Of a DNA stretch of 64,000 nucleotides, positions 62,369-64,000 are shown piece by piece; position 1 is the first letter of the stretch, and every line of letters starts with the position of its first letter. The DNA is from an uncultured delta proteobacterium. GTDB lineage: Bacteria > Desulfobacterota > Zymogenia > Zymogenales > Zymogenaceae. A program made the translations under genes and the position numbers. The notes beneath the pieces were generated by a model. That model had not been told where the DNA came from. It saw nothing but the letters and a program-made list of their open reading frames with translations, and ran no database searches. The stretch is taken from NCBI GenBank assembly GCA_963792965.1, contig CAWBYW010000007.1, forward strand, positions 320,001 to 384,000. The letters are read 5' to 3'.

Positions 62369-64000
62369 ATGGCAACGGCGAATAAAAAGGAACCCGCGCG
62401 CGTCACGACGCCCGCGGCGGATAAAATGGTAACCGGCGGCGAGCTTGTCGTGAGGGCACTCGAGAAAAAGGGGGTTGAGTATATCTTTACGCTGAGCGGA
62501 GGGCACATCGCCCCGATCTACCAGCACCTGTTCGAGTCCGACATCAAGCTCTTTGACACGAGACACGAACAGGCGGCCGTCTTCATGGCCGATGCCTATG
62601 CACGGCTGACCGGCAGGCCCGGCGTGGCGCTGGTTACCGCCGGCCCCGGTTTTACCAACGCCGTCACCGGCGTCGCCAACGCGCGCATGGCGGGCACGCC
62701 CGTGGTCCTCCTCTCGGGGAGGATAGGGCTGAAGATGGACGAGCGGCTCGACCTGCAGGAGATCGAGCAGCGAAACGTCATCGCCCCCATCACAAAGTGG
62801 GCAAAGACCGTCACGAACGCGTCGCGCATCCCGGAATTCATTGACATGGCCTTCAAGATAGCCTCCTCGGGAAATCCCGGGCCCACCTTCCTCGAATTCC
62901 CCGTGGACGTGCTGACGACGAGCGCCGTCGAAGAGCACGTCAAGTTCCTCGACACCCCCTTCCCTCTCCGGTCGATGGGAGACCCAAAGGACATCGCGGC
63001 CGCTGCGGACCTGATCTTGTCCGCGAAACGCCCCATCATCGTCGCCGGGAGCGGCGCCCGCTTTTCGGGGGCCGACAGGTCCGTCAGCCAGCTTGTCGAC
63101 GCGACGGGGATTCCCCTCTTCACCCTCTCCATGGGCAAGGGGACACTGTCGGAGGATCACCCGCTCTGCTTCGGGCCGGCGCTTGTGATCCGTCCCGGCG
63201 CGGCGGGAGCGGCCGTCACGTCGGCCGACGTGATCATCCTGCTGGGCACCCGGATAAACCTCTTCACGATGTTCGGCGATATCTTTCCAAAAGACGCCAG
63301 GATCATCCAGGTCAACATCGACCCGGAGGAGATCGGCAGGAACAAGCATATCGACGCCGCGATAATGGGCGACGTGGGGCTGGTCGCGGGCCAGCTGCGG
63401 GAGGCACTTTCCGGGAAGCTGGAAAAGGACTCTTTTGCCGGCTGGGCCAAGGAGCTGATCAAGCAGCGCGACTTTTCCCTCGATTCGGTCAAGGGAAACC
63501 TCACCTCCGACAAGATCCCCATTCACCCCCAGCGTCTCATGCGGGAGATCGACGAGTTCATCGGAGACGACGGGATTGTCGTCGCCGACGGCGGCGACAC
63601 CTCCATCTGGATGGGGATGACACGGAAGACCTATTGCCACGGCGATTATCTCGAGTCCGGCCTCTTCGGATGCCTCGGGGTGGGAATCCCCTTCGCGCTG
63701 AGCGCAAAGCTCCTGAACCCGAAGAAGCGGTCATCCTCGTCACCGGCGACGGCTCGCTCGGCTTCAACTTCATGGAGCTCTCCACCGCCCTCCGCTTCAA
63801 GCTCCCGATCGTCGTCGTGGTAAGCAACGACCTCGGGTGGGGGATGATCCGCCACAGCCAGGGCCTCAAGTTCGGCCCCGGCAAAAATATCGCGACAGAG
63901 CTGGGGCTGGTCCCCTACCACAAGATGGTCGAGGCGATGGGCGGATACGGACAGCTCGTCGAAAAGCCGGGCGAGATAAAAGGCGCGCTGGCGCGTGCGT
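62369..64000 (+). CDS. ThDP-dependent enzyme (acetolactate synthase-like / 2-hydroxyacyl-CoA lyase-like); frameshift ~63730; runs off the window
   Basis: GGHI, RHEQAA, TAGPG, DGGD, FGCLGVG; GDGS..SND ThDP motif in the shifted frame. Confidence 0.88.

Overview
Chromosomal backbone of a GC-rich anaerobic bacterium. The gene order (cpoB-LysM-dprA-topA-trmFO; rpmF-fab-acpP-rpiB-glyA-nrdR-rib-nusB) suggests a Desulfobacterota/deltaproteobacterial lineage, which is inference. I found about 60 CDSs, a tRNA-Glu(CTC), a tungsten-type Moco/Tuco riboswitch heading a tupABC-moeA-moeA-moaA-moaC-MOSC-mog cluster, a Fur/PerR-rubrerythrin-flavodiiron oxygen-stress locus and a TetR-SDR-ThDP enzyme locus running off the right end. 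I saw no mobile elements, prophage or CRISPR. About 17 apparent frameshifts in 13 genes, some essential, look like long-read indel errors. Best candidates for novelty: (1) a 1021-aa soluble protein with a class III nucleotidyl-cyclase fold split by large insertions and with non-canonical base-specificity residues, at the end of a phosphoesterase/HIT gene run; (2) two tandem nitroreductases that each keep only the complementary half of the FMN site, predicting a single-site heterodimer; (3) a Tuco riboswitch with a structured ~75-nt insertion whose sequestered RBS drives a PPP-containing leader ORF coupled to tupA; (4) a three-gene, four-domain phosphatase cassette behind the W-cofactor genes. 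All family calls come from motif recognition by eye; no searches were run.
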